A DNA stretch of 64,000 nucleotides from a virus. Position 1 is the first letter of the stretch. Every line of letters begins with the position of its first letter. Of this stretch, positions 7,646 through 18,200 are shown one piece after another. Under the pieces are notes generated by a model. It searched no databases. It was not told the DNA's origin and saw only the letters and a list, made by a program, of their open reading frames with translations. Location of the stretch: the IMG/VR virus record IMGVR_UViG_3300031521_000011, positions 64,001 to 128,000 of that record. One strand, given 5' to 3'. The position numbers were made by a program, and so were the translations under genes.

Positions 7646-9493
7646 ATGAAGCATAGTATTAAAGACGAGGACATCATCAAGAAGTCCGTAGATGAACTCG
7701 AAACCGAATTCGGTTACAGGAACGCTGTTATCGATAAATATGCATTCGATATCACTATCAACCCAGCTACCATAATCGGTAATACGCTGGGTGGTTTAGT
7801 TGGTTCCTCAATTTCAGGCAAAATAAGGGCGAAGAATCAACTTCGCCAAAGTCTGGAAGAGAGTGGACCAGTAATAAGTATGGGGCGTGATCACGTTGAA
7901 GAGGTACAAAATATCTCAAACAACATTGAGATCATTTTTACCCCCATGAGTACACTGTATATGGTGAAACTGGGTACCAGGACTGTAACCCTGGACACCA
8001 TCAATACAGAAGAAATGGACGATGAAATGTACGACGCCTGGAGAAGGCGCGATGCGCAGTATTATAAAAATCTCATGCTGAACAAGATGATGTCTGAGAT
8101 GCAGCTTGTTGAGCAGATGTATGCCCGGCGCTTATTGCAAAAAAAGATGGATCTTGAGAATGCAATCAAGAAAAAGGCATCTGATGATTTTGAACCAGAA
8201 GAAACTGATTCAGAACTTGGAATCAACGAATTTTTCTCAGGCATCGTCTCTCTTAAGGAGGCTTGCGAGAAGAACAGCAAGATCACCGAGTTCTTGATGA
8301 AGGATGCTGATAACGAAGACGAAATGCTTCTCTCATGGGGATTGGATCGCCCGATTGCAAAGTACGCCGGTGCATTATCTGGTGCAATGCATTTCTTTGG
8401 AATGGATACATCCGCGCAAAAAATAAAGGATATCCAGAGCAAGTTTCTGAATCAGGACTATCTCTCAAAACATCTCAAAATTGTTTTCATGCCTGACCGG
8501 GTCATGTTTGTGGTCGATGATATAACGATGACCCAGATTTCCTCCTTAGATATGAACGAGGAGGGAATTAAGAATTTTAGGGAACAGAACCAGACGTATT
8601 TCCGCGCGATGTTCATGCAGCAAGCTAAAAAGGGCATTGCTGAACTAAAGCCCAAAATGGTCATCAGGAAAAAGGCATCACTCTCCGGTGACATATCCGA
8701 GATATTCAAAACCACCGAAGTTCACCCAATGATATATGCGAAGGTGCTTGATAAGAAATACAAGAACTGGACCAGTTACGATCCAGAGGTTCTTATCAGT
8801 GAAATCGAAAGAGACTTCGCCATTGAGGACACAGGCGTCAATGATCTCGTGCTGAACAAGATACTGACCATTCAGGCGCTGCGCAAAAGTGCAATGATGT
8901 TCAGCGATCCCTTATATTTTGAGAAATGTGTGCGCTCATTGACCGACAAGCCGGTTGATTTCGAGAGATGGCAGCCAGACAATACTGGTGAAGAAATCAT
9001 GTGGACACTCCAGATGATGGATTCGCTCACCCCGGGGCAGGATATCTTCGACAATCTCTCAGAAGATGTTGAGGATTATATCATCATGTGCCTGGTCAAC
9101 CAGGAATATCGGACGATGCTGGTAAAGCAGTCAATCATAAATTCAGAATACGAGCGCCAGTTCTTTGAAACTTTAAATGATGATCTTCTTTTAGAGTGGA
9201 ACAAGATGGGGTGCGAAAAAGCCATCAGCGACGCAGAAGTGGATGCCGTCACAGGCACGAATGAAAGCGTTATCGAAGTATCTAAAAAGGTGCTGCAGAT
9301 CATCCGTCAGAACAGCAAGATTGACTTCGCTGACGTTGGCTACATTGTGCAGCAGGCCGGGGACAAGGCGGGCCTGACCCAGATTATCATCAATGCCGTG
9401 AAAAAGAATGTACGGCTGAATCTCGGAGTCGATATGATGATCGATATGAATGATTCCGAGCTTCACGAGCAGACACAGTTATATAACCTGTAA
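7646..9493 (+). CDS. putative internal head protein with KxA motifs and an internal repeat
   Basis: Directly upstream of portal; KKKAS, LKEAC, MKDAD, AKYAG, RKKAS; repeat IEIIFTP...TEEMDDE / LKIVFMP...SLDMNEE. Confidence 0.55.
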   Translation: MKHSIKDEDIIKKSVDELETEFGYRNAVIDKYAFDITINPATIIGNTLGGLVGSSISGKIRAKNQLRQSLEESGPVISMGRDHVEEVQNISNNIEIIFTPMSTLYMVKLGTRTVTLDTINTEEMDDEMYDAWRRRDAQYYKNLMLNKMMSEMQLVEQMYARRLLQKKMDLENAIKKKASDDFEPEETDSELGINEFFSGIVSLKEACEKNSKITEFLMKDADNEDEMLLSWGLDRPIAKYAGALSGAMHFFGMDTSAQKIKDIQSKFLNQDYLSKHLKIVFMPDRVMFVVDDITMTQISSLDMNEEGIKNFREQNQTYFRAMFMQQAKKGIAELKPKMVIRKKASLSGDISEIFKTTEVHPMIYAKVLDKKYKNWTSYDPEVLISEIERDFAIEDTGVNDLVLNKILTIQALRKSAMMFSDPLYFEKCVRSLTDKPVDFERWQPDNTGEEIMWTLQMMDSLTPGQDIFDNLSEDVEDYIIMCLVNQEYRTMLVKQSIINSEYERQFFETLNDDLLLEWNKMGCEKAISDAEVDAVTGTNESVIEVSKKVLQIIRQNSKIDFADVGYIVQQAGDKAGLTQIIINAVKKNVRLNLGVDMMIDMNDSELHEQTQLYNL

Positions 9494-9507
9494 AGGGGTG
9501 ATTCCTG

Positions 9508-11829
9508 ATGGATGTTAAGGAACCAACATTTAGAGCAATGAGCATGAGGGAATTCTCAGCAATCGATCCTCAAGCAAAATCGATTGTGGATTCTTATGGT
9601 GTGGCTGTACCTAAGTCTGCCGCCAGAGAAGAAGAAGGCATGAGCAAGTTTGCCTCATTCCGTCAGAACCTGGTACAGGACCCATACCCATCGCCATTCC
9701 TAAATCTTTCCGATACTAAAATTCCGAACAAGATGTCAGAGTTGTTTGAGCTCTGCCGTTATTTCTATATGTTCGACCCACTCATCGCCGGCGCCATCAA
9801 TTCTTTGGCGACGTTCCCGGTGACAAACCTATATCTCGATGAGAGCAAGATGGCCGACAAGGCCAAGGTGGGCGCTGATGGAAAGAAGACTGGCGTTAAG
9901 GACGATAGTCCGCAGCTTAAAACATATAAAAAGACGCTGTTTGAAAACATCAACCTCAACAAGTTGCTGATTGAGATCGGCATAGATTATTGGTTGTATG
10001 GCAACTGCTTCATTTTCGGCGAGTTCTGGACCAACCCAGATACCAAACAGAAGGAATGGCGGCATGTCGTGAGACTCGATCCGAGTCGCATGATTATCGA
10101 CCATAACGAAGCCACCCGTGAAATCAAGTATAAATGGATGATCCCTGAGAAAATCAGGCGCATCGTTACAATGAAGAAACCCATGAGCGAGTATGAAAAG
10201 ATACCCGATCTGGTAAAGCGTGCTGTCACAAAGAACGAAGCGCTGGTTATCAACCCAAACAATATTTTCCATTTTAGCCGTCCGACGGACAGTATGGGAG
10301 ATACGGTTTGGGGTACGCCGGTAATTGCTAATGTCATGAAACTTCTGATGTACAGAAACGTCATGAGGCAGGCCCAAGAGGCTATCGCTCGGGAGCATAT
10401 CGTTCCTTTCCGCATATATTACTTCGAGAGAAACGCTCAATCCGATCCGATGGTCAACTGGGGCGGCGTCACAGCTGATTTTGCAGCCGAGTTGAACAAA
10501 TCCTCAAAAGACCCAAATTACAAGGTCATCTCCCCTCTGCCGGTTAATGTATTGAACTTGGGCGGCAATGGCCGGGCGCTGATGCTTACACCGGAAATCG
10601 AGCAGGTCCAGGGTGAGATTCTGGCCGGCATGAACGTACCTAGAGAATTTATCTTTGGTGGAGTTACATGGTCGGGCAGCAGCATCTCCCTGAAGATTCT
10701 CGAAAATCAATTTATAACCTATAGGTTATTAATACAGGGATTCTTGAATTTCCTTGTCAAGAATATGGCCAAGGTACGGAATGAATGGCATTCAGAGGAA
10801 GACAACGATGCAATTCCGTCTATCCATATGCAAGATTTGAAAATGCAGGATGACGTTCAGCAGAAGCAGCTCATCGTTCAGATGAACCAAGCTAACAAAC
10901 TTCCTGATGAGCAGCTCTATAAGGCTATGGACATGGATCCTGAAAAAATTGTCGCAGGTCTTGAGGCTGAGGCAATAAAGAGGATAGAGACAGATAAGAA
11001 AATGCAGATCCTCAGGATTGATGCAAATGAGGAAGTGCAGGAAGCAGATATTACCGCGCAAGTAAAACTAGCTCTCTTCAAGGAGAGATTGAGAATTAAG
11101 ATGTCTCAATCTACAGATGAGGTGGAGCGAAACGTTGCAATGCAGATGTTCGGTATGGGGGCAACTCCACAGCCACAAGTTGACGCAATGGGCAATCCGA
11201 TACCCGGACCGGTAGGGCCCGGGGGAGCGCCGGGAGCGCCGCCGGCAGGCCCGGGTGGAGCTCCGGGTACAGACCCAACAGCGCCGCCCGCCGGCCCTGG
11301 ACAACCAATGGCTCCTACGGTAGCAATGGCAGACGCCGGTGATGTTCAAGACCCTGCCGCTGGAAAAGATAAGGCAAATGTGCCGGACCAAATAGATTCT
11401 GTGAATGTCGGCGACACCAAAGATATTGATGCTGAGATTCAAAGAATCTCAGCCATGCCAGATAAGCAAAGAGCTGCAGCTTTAACTCAACTTCCAGCCG
11501 CGCAACAAAAGGCAATTGCAATGAGGATGGAAGCCATGAAAAGCCGCGAGAATTATGGCAAGGGATATGCAGATGCCCAAGCCCTCGCAGAGCGCATCGT
11601 AGCAATGCCTGAGCGTCAACAGGAGGCTGCGCTGAACACTATCCCTGTACAGATGAGGGATCGTGTCATGGTCTTTGTAGAGCAGCTACAGATGCAACAG
11701 CAGGATGACCAAAAGGCACAGCAAGTACAGCAAGGCCAGGCACAGCAAGGCCAGGGCCCGGCGACAGTTGATATGCGTCCAATGCCTGAACAAAAACCAC
11801 CTCGAAGGAAGAGTTTGAACGGAGGTTGA
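9508..11829 (+). CDS. portal protein with long Pro/Gly/Gln-rich C-terminal extension
   Basis: PLIAGAINSLATFP, DYWLYGNCF, LDPSRM, IFHF..., WGTP, ILAGMNVPREFIFGG are portal-like; head-module position. Confidence 0.85.
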   Translation: MDVKEPTFRAMSMREFSAIDPQAKSIVDSYGVAVPKSAAREEEGMSKFASFRQNLVQDPYPSPFLNLSDTKIPNKMSELFELCRYFYMFDPLIAGAINSLATFPVTNLYLDESKMADKAKVGADGKKTGVKDDSPQLKTYKKTLFENINLNKLLIEIGIDYWLYGNCFIFGEFWTNPDTKQKEWRHVVRLDPSRMIIDHNEATREIKYKWMIPEKIRRIVTMKKPMSEYEKIPDLVKRAVTKNEALVINPNNIFHFSRPTDSMGDTVWGTPVIANVMKLLMYRNVMRQAQEAIAREHIVPFRIYYFERNAQSDPMVNWGGVTADFAAELNKSSKDPNYKVISPLPVNVLNLGGNGRALMLTPEIEQVQGEILAGMNVPREFIFGGVTWSGSSISLKILENQFITYRLLIQGFLNFLVKNMAKVRNEWHSEEDNDAIPSIHMQDLKMQDDVQQKQLIVQMNQANKLPDEQLYKAMDMDPEKIVAGLEAEAIKRIETDKKMQILRIDANEEVQEADITAQVKLALFKERLRIKMSQSTDEVERNVAMQMFGMGATPQPQVDAMGNPIPGPVGPGGAPGAPPAGPGGAPGTDPTAPPAGPGQPMAPTVAMADAGDVQDPAAGKDKANVPDQIDSVNVGDTKDIDAEIQRISAMPDKQRAAALTQLPAAQQKAIAMRMEAMKSRENYGKGYADAQALAERIVAMPERQQEAALNTIPVQMRDRVMVFVEQLQMQQQDDQKAQQVQQGQAQQGQGPATVDMRPMPEQKPPRRKSLNGG

Positions 11830-11836
11830 GGCTATT

Positions 11837-12232
11837 ATGGCCAGCCGCTTCCCAAAAAAGAATATAGCGTCCTTCCTATTGCCGGGTGAGGCCGCAAATG
11901 CTGAAGCAATATTGAATAGTGGTAACTGCATAGTTACCACTATTCGTCCGTATGCGAGTTGTCCAGACACATCGGTTATGCTCTATATCGAGTATGACCA
12001 ACTGGTGGAAAATATCACAGAAAATGACCTTCAAATGAATGACAAAAAAAGAAGGGTTCAGTGTTTTAACCTTAACTGGGGTAATAACCTTGGGAATGTA
12101 GATAGAATACTGAACGATCCAGAATGTAACATCATTCATAAGAAGGAGTTTCCTTGTGCAAAGGGCTCGTTTATATTATTATATATGTATTGGGAAGAAC
12201 CCTTTGCAACAGATGATGTAGAACCTTTTTAG
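11837..12232 (+). CDS. hypothetical two-repeat protein immediately upstream of the RNA polymerase
   Basis: GGAGG/GAGG RBS; two similar ~55-aa halves (EAILNSGNCIV...LYIEYDQ / DRILNDPECNII...LYMYWEE). Confidence 0.65.
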   Translation: MASRFPKKNIASFLLPGEAANAEAILNSGNCIVTTIRPYASCPDTSVMLYIEYDQLVENITENDLQMNDKKRRVQCFNLNWGNNLGNVDRILNDPECNIIHKKEFPCAKGSFILLYMYWEEPFATDDVEPF

Positions 12233-12253
12233 TAAGTCGGGAGGAATAGCTTC

Positions 12254-15200
12254 ATGAATGAACAAGACAGAATAAGGCTGGACCGCGAAGCTTCTGAGAT
12301 GGAGTCCAAGGTCTTGGCGCTCGTCAAATCGAAGTTTCCAATGAAGCTTCAGGGCGGAATTCTGAATGTATCCGACCTGAAGATTGAGCGCCCGGCTGGT
12401 CTGTTTAATCTCACAGCTCAACATAATCTCAAGATGGACGACGGAAGCCTATACGGTGCTCTCCGTGGTCGCTTCAACTTGAGCAATGACAAGGGAAAAG
12501 TGATAAAGCAGACAAATGTGCAAGATATCATCAGCACAATTCCATACAAAACAGTCCGTGGCAGTTACATTGCCGGTGGAAATGAGCGCACAATCTCAGC
12601 TCAGATGCGCCAGGCACCCGGTATTTACACAGAGCGCAATGGAACTGAGGTCATAACCAAGATACGGTTTAATGCAACGAGTGAGTTATGGACCTCACCG
12701 ATCATGATGCATTATGATCAGTCGAAGTCCAAGTTCTTTCTGCGCTTTAAAATCGGAAATAAAACGCTCGATCTGAGCGGCATAACTTTCCTTACTGACA
12801 TCGCTGGCGCATCTATCGGTGAGGTCAAGAAAGCGCTTGGCTCCGAGGCGGTCTATATCGATGTTATGCAGAAGCATCCAACATTCAACGCTACGCTGGC
12901 TGATGTTTATGCCTTATATTTCAAGGATGAGAAGTATGACGGAACAGCCGAGCAGGTTGTGAAACTGCGCGACAGGATCATGGAGCAACCCAACTTTGGC
13001 AACTCTGGCGAAAAAAGAGTCGGAGCTACAGTCGGTGTTGCCTCCAATAAACTTGATAAAAATGTTGTATTGGCTTCAATCACTAAGCTATTTGCCGTAG
13101 CAAGAAATGATGCAGAAGAAGATTCTATCGACGATCTTCGCTTCAAGATCGTACTCAATGACCAGGACTTCATCCTGGGAGAACTGAGCGAAGGCATCGA
13201 CGAGTTTAAGAACAAGGTAAACTTCAGGAGCGGCGCAGACAACGAATTGAAGTTCATCGTTGCTTCTCCGCTTGATAATCTGGACAAGAAGATTGACAGG
13301 TTCATCAAAGCCGATACTAGAAATGCCCCTCAGTCCACCGGTATCGTGGAGGCCCCGGAGACAACAAACCCATTGAATCTGATTTCCTCCACGAAAAAGA
13401 TCACACAAAAGGGCGAGGGTGGCATCTCTGACGAGGCAGCCCGGAACGCTGACAGCGCCAGAAACCTTCAGCCCACTGCCATTACCCGCATCGACCCAGT
13501 TGAATCTCCTGAATCTCAGAAGATTGGATTGGTCCGCCAGCTCGCGCGAAACGCACGGGCTACGAATGGCACAATCGTATCGAAATTCTTTCCAGTAAAA
13601 AAGGGAACTGCCAACATTGATGAAGAGAATATTGTAGAGCTTGATCCGTTTGAGGAATATGACCATCATGTGGCTTTCTATACGCCATCTGAGATCACCA
13701 AGATCAATAACATGATTGCGTTTAAGAAGCCTCTGGTGACAGGCCGATTCAATGGAAAAGTTATGCAAATTCCGAGGGAAGAGATTGAGTATATCGATAC
13801 TTCCCCGAGTGACATCTTTGGCATCTCTGCTGCCCTGGTTCCGTTCGGTGACCACAACGACGGTAACCGTATGTTGATGGCCACAAATCAGCAAAAGCAA
13901 TCTCTGCTGCTGAAGAGCTCAGTGCGCCAGGCTCCCTATGTCCAGGTAGCCATAGATCAAGACAAGAAACAAACATTTGAAGGCCAAATTGGCGAAAACT
14001 CAAACGTTGTGCGTTCTCCTGAGAACGGCGTCGTTGAGTCAGTCGATGGCGGCCATATTGTAATTAAGGGCGAAAGCGGCAAAAGACATTCGCTTGATTA
14101 CTATGACCACTTTCCGATGAACCAGGATAATTTCGCTCATAACGAAGTTCTAGTGAAGCGCGGGGACGAGGTAAAGGCCGGCCAAATGGTGGCTGAAGGA
14201 TGGCACACTAAGGATGGCAAGCTTGCCCTTGGTCTCAATGCCCGTATCGCATATCTACCATATAAGGGTTGGAACTATGAAGACGGCGTGGTTATAAGCC
14301 GCGAATTCGCCGACAGGGTTCAGACTGATGAAATGGAATCCCGCGACATCATAGTATACAAGGATTTCATTGGCGGCCCAGGGAGCGGAGTCAGGGATAA
14401 ATTCATAGAAACTACAGCACAAAGCGCCGGCATGCAGAAGTTGGATAAGGATGGAATCATTATGCCTGGGCAAGAAGTTGGCCCCGGAGACATCCTTGTT
14501 GCCATGCTGAAGCCTAAGGCTCCGGACTATGACGCAATGCGTTCATTCTCCAAGATGATCATGAAGGGCGACGAAACCGAGTTTGAGGATGCCGCACAAA
14601 AAATCGGTGATGGCGAGTACATGCAGGGTAAAGTACTCGATGTACATGTGCTGCCCGGCGGCGGAGATCCCGATGTAAGAAATATAATCCGCATCCGTGT
14701 GAAAATGTCAAAGACACTCAAAATCGGAGATAAAATTTCTGGCCGTCACGGAAACAAAGGAACTATTACCAAAATACTTGGAACGAAGGAAATGCCTCAC
14801 ACTGAAGACGGGCGCTCAATTGACGTCCTGTTTTCTCCGCTGGTTGTTCCTTCTCGTAAAAATGTTGGCCAGCTTCTGGAAGTCAATGCTGGCTTAATTG
14901 CTGAGAAGACAGGTAAGCCATACACTGTTTACAATTTCGATCCAAAAGAAGTGGACAATGTCAAAAACGGGCTTATCAAAATCGGAGTACCAGACGGCAA
15001 AATGGCAGTAATCGATCCTAAAACTGGCAAGGCCTACGAGAACAAAGTCACTGTCGGAAATATGTATATACTGAAACTAAAGCACAAGGTTGATGAAAAA
15101 TTACAATCTCGCTCTTTTGAAGAAGGCGGATTCAACCAGAAATACCTGTCTCCAGAGAAATCCACCGGAGAGGCTGCAGGTGAAAAGGCCAACCCACAGC

Positions 15201-18200
15201 GCCTTGGTGAGATGGAGATGAGGGTGCTGCAGGCCAATCAGGTACCATTCAATATCCTTGAAACCACCACCCTTAAAGGTGATGGCGCTGGCTTTGCAAA
15301 GGATCGCCTTGATATCTTCAGGGCTATGATCAACGGCAGTCCAGAGCATCTCAATAAACTGCGGGACAAGTCCGGCGTACCGGAGTCCTTACGCATCCTG
15401 AAGGACAAGATGTTCGTTATGGGTATGGACGTTAAACCTCTCAATAGGGGCAAAACGGTTCATTCATTGAACGATACATTTAGTGAGCTGATGGTCCTTC
15501 CAACAAGGGATGAAGACATCCTGCGTACAATCGGAAAGAGCAAACGCGTTTATAGTTCAGAGACCTTCCAGTCCACAGACAGGCGGCACGAGAAGTCTGA
15601 TAAGGCTGTACCTGGCGGACTGTATGATCCGGACATCTTCGGAAAAGATGAAGACACGAAGAATGGCCAGGTTGCACGTGAAGCCAGGAGTAAATGGGGC
15701 TACATCGAGCTGGCTACCTATATGCCAAATCCTGTATTGATAGAACAGGCTCAGTATAATCCATATGCATCACTTCTCGGGATGGGTAAGGATAAACTCT
15801 TAAGCCTGATGTCAAAAGACTATGTACTCATCACAAACCCCGGCGATAGCGGTCTTGGTGCAAACACAATCGTTTCTTCAAAGTTAGCTACAGACCTTAT
15901 GATGAATGAGGACAAGCACTTTGAATACAAGGCTGGCGGAGAAGCCTTGATGTATCTTCTGTCAAAGATCAATGTGAACAAGGAACTTGTGGCTACCGAG
16001 GCTGCATTGAAAGCCGCGAAGCTCGACAAAAAAGATGCACTCTTTAAGAAATATTCAGTGCTCAAGATGCTGCAAAAGAACAACATGCAGCCCGGCGACC
16101 TGATGACAAAGATTGTTCCTGTCACACCAAAATACCTGCGCCCGCGCAATGCTCAGGGGCAACAGGTTATAGAGAATGGTCTGACTAAGGTCTACAGTAA
16201 CCTGGTTGATGTAAATGAAAACTCGCGCCTAGCCTTTGAGTCTGGTACGCCAGATATCAAGGCAGAACAAAGCAATGGCCTCTATCGTTCCATGAAATAT
16301 CTCTATGGCGGATTTAAAAATGATCGCTATGTTGATAAAAAGAAAAAGGAAGAATTGGGCGGCATCCTTGATCTCATCGGAAACAAAGAGGGCTTGGTTC
16401 GCGATAAGATGCTGGGCAAGCGCGTTGACTACTCTGGCCGCGCCGTAATCGGTGTCGATCCCACATTGAAGATCGATGAGATTGGTATCCCGGCTGACAT
16501 CGCAAAGACCACTTACAAGCCATTTATCATTAAAGAACTAATCCATCGCGGATATGTTCCAATGGGCGCTGATGGAGAGCGTATGGCGAGGGAAAAGATT
16601 CTTCGATTTGATGACGATGTCAAAAAAGTTCTCGATGACATTGTCAAAGATCGCCCAATCCTCGTAAACCGTGCGCCATCACTTCATAAGTTCGGCATAC
16701 AGGCTATGCGTCCGGTCATTCGCACGACGCAGGATGGACAAGTCGTCAGGAATATCCAACTTAACCCCATGGTCGTAACCGGCTTTGGCGCTGACTTTGA
16801 TGGAGACCAGATGGGTGTGCACGTTCCGCTGAGCGACAAGGCCGTCGAAGAAGCCAGAAACATGATGATGCCCAGCGATAATCTTATTAATCCAACCAAC
16901 GGCAAGATGATCCTTGAAATCCGTCATGAGATGACATTGGGTATATACTACCTGACAATGAATCCAGAACAGACAACTGGAAAGAACATCACCTACTCTA
17001 CATATAAACAGCTTCGCGCAGACTACGAATCCGGCAAGATCAAAACCCGTCAGGCTGTTACCCTTAATGGCAAAATGACCACGGCCGGTCAATGGCTGTT
17101 CTTTGGAATACCAGGGCTCCAGGCAAAGTATCGTAACAAGTATTTCGGACAGACAATGAGCGACAAGTCCCTGAAGGACATGCTACGCGAGATCTATGAC
17201 GACATTACATTTGGCCGCAATGAGACGATGGGCACAATTGATCTATCAAATCTGATGGATAACATCAAGGACCTTGGATTCATGGCATCTACTCGCTCCG
17301 GTCTTAGCATCGGAATCAAAGATCTGGAGTTCCCAGAGAAGTATCAGGATGATATTTTTGAAAGGGCTAGAAAGATCGATGAGCGCCTGAAGGGCGATGA
17401 GGCGGGACTCATTGGCGCATACCAAACACTGGAAGGTGAAGTTGAGAGCGAGCTCAAGGCTGGTGCCATGGGTAAGGATAATCCCGTTACTGCCATGCTG
17501 CAGTCTGGTGCCAGGGGCGACGCCGGCCAGATTCGCCGTATGGGTGGCCTTGTTGGTGTTGGCCGTGATATTGAAAATCATGCAGTCACACCAATTAGAT
17601 CTTCGCATATGACCGGCCTCTCTCCGGGTGAGTACTGGTTGCACAGCTACGACTCCCTGAAGGGCATGGCTGACCGCGCACTGAATACAGAAGCACCAGG
17701 CACGCTTACCAGGGAGCTCTGGTCCGCATATCAAGACAAGGTTATCTCAGAACCGGACTGTCATACAACAAAAGGAATCCTCATCAACAAGGAAGGCAAA
17801 ATTGTCGGACGCTATGCATCAAAAGACATTACAAGCGCCGATGGATCCATAACATACGTGAAGGCTGGACAACCAATCACACAGATAACGCAAACCGCTA
17901 TCGGCAGAGACAAGACCATCAAGTTTATCCAGATCCGCTCACCAGCCACCTGCGCAACCGTCAATGGTCTGTGCCAGAAGTGCTATGGCTGGGAGACCGG
18001 AAGGCCACAACCCCCGAAGCTTGGATACCCAGCCGGCGTTATTGCATCTCAGGCCATCGGCGAGCCGGTGACGCAGATGACGATGAAGACATTCCATGGC
18101 GGCGGCACGTCGTCCAACGTTACGCTTGGCCTGCCCAGAATCCTTGAGATGCTGCACCCTGAGTCATCCAACCTCAACAATATAGCGGTTCTGTCAAAGA

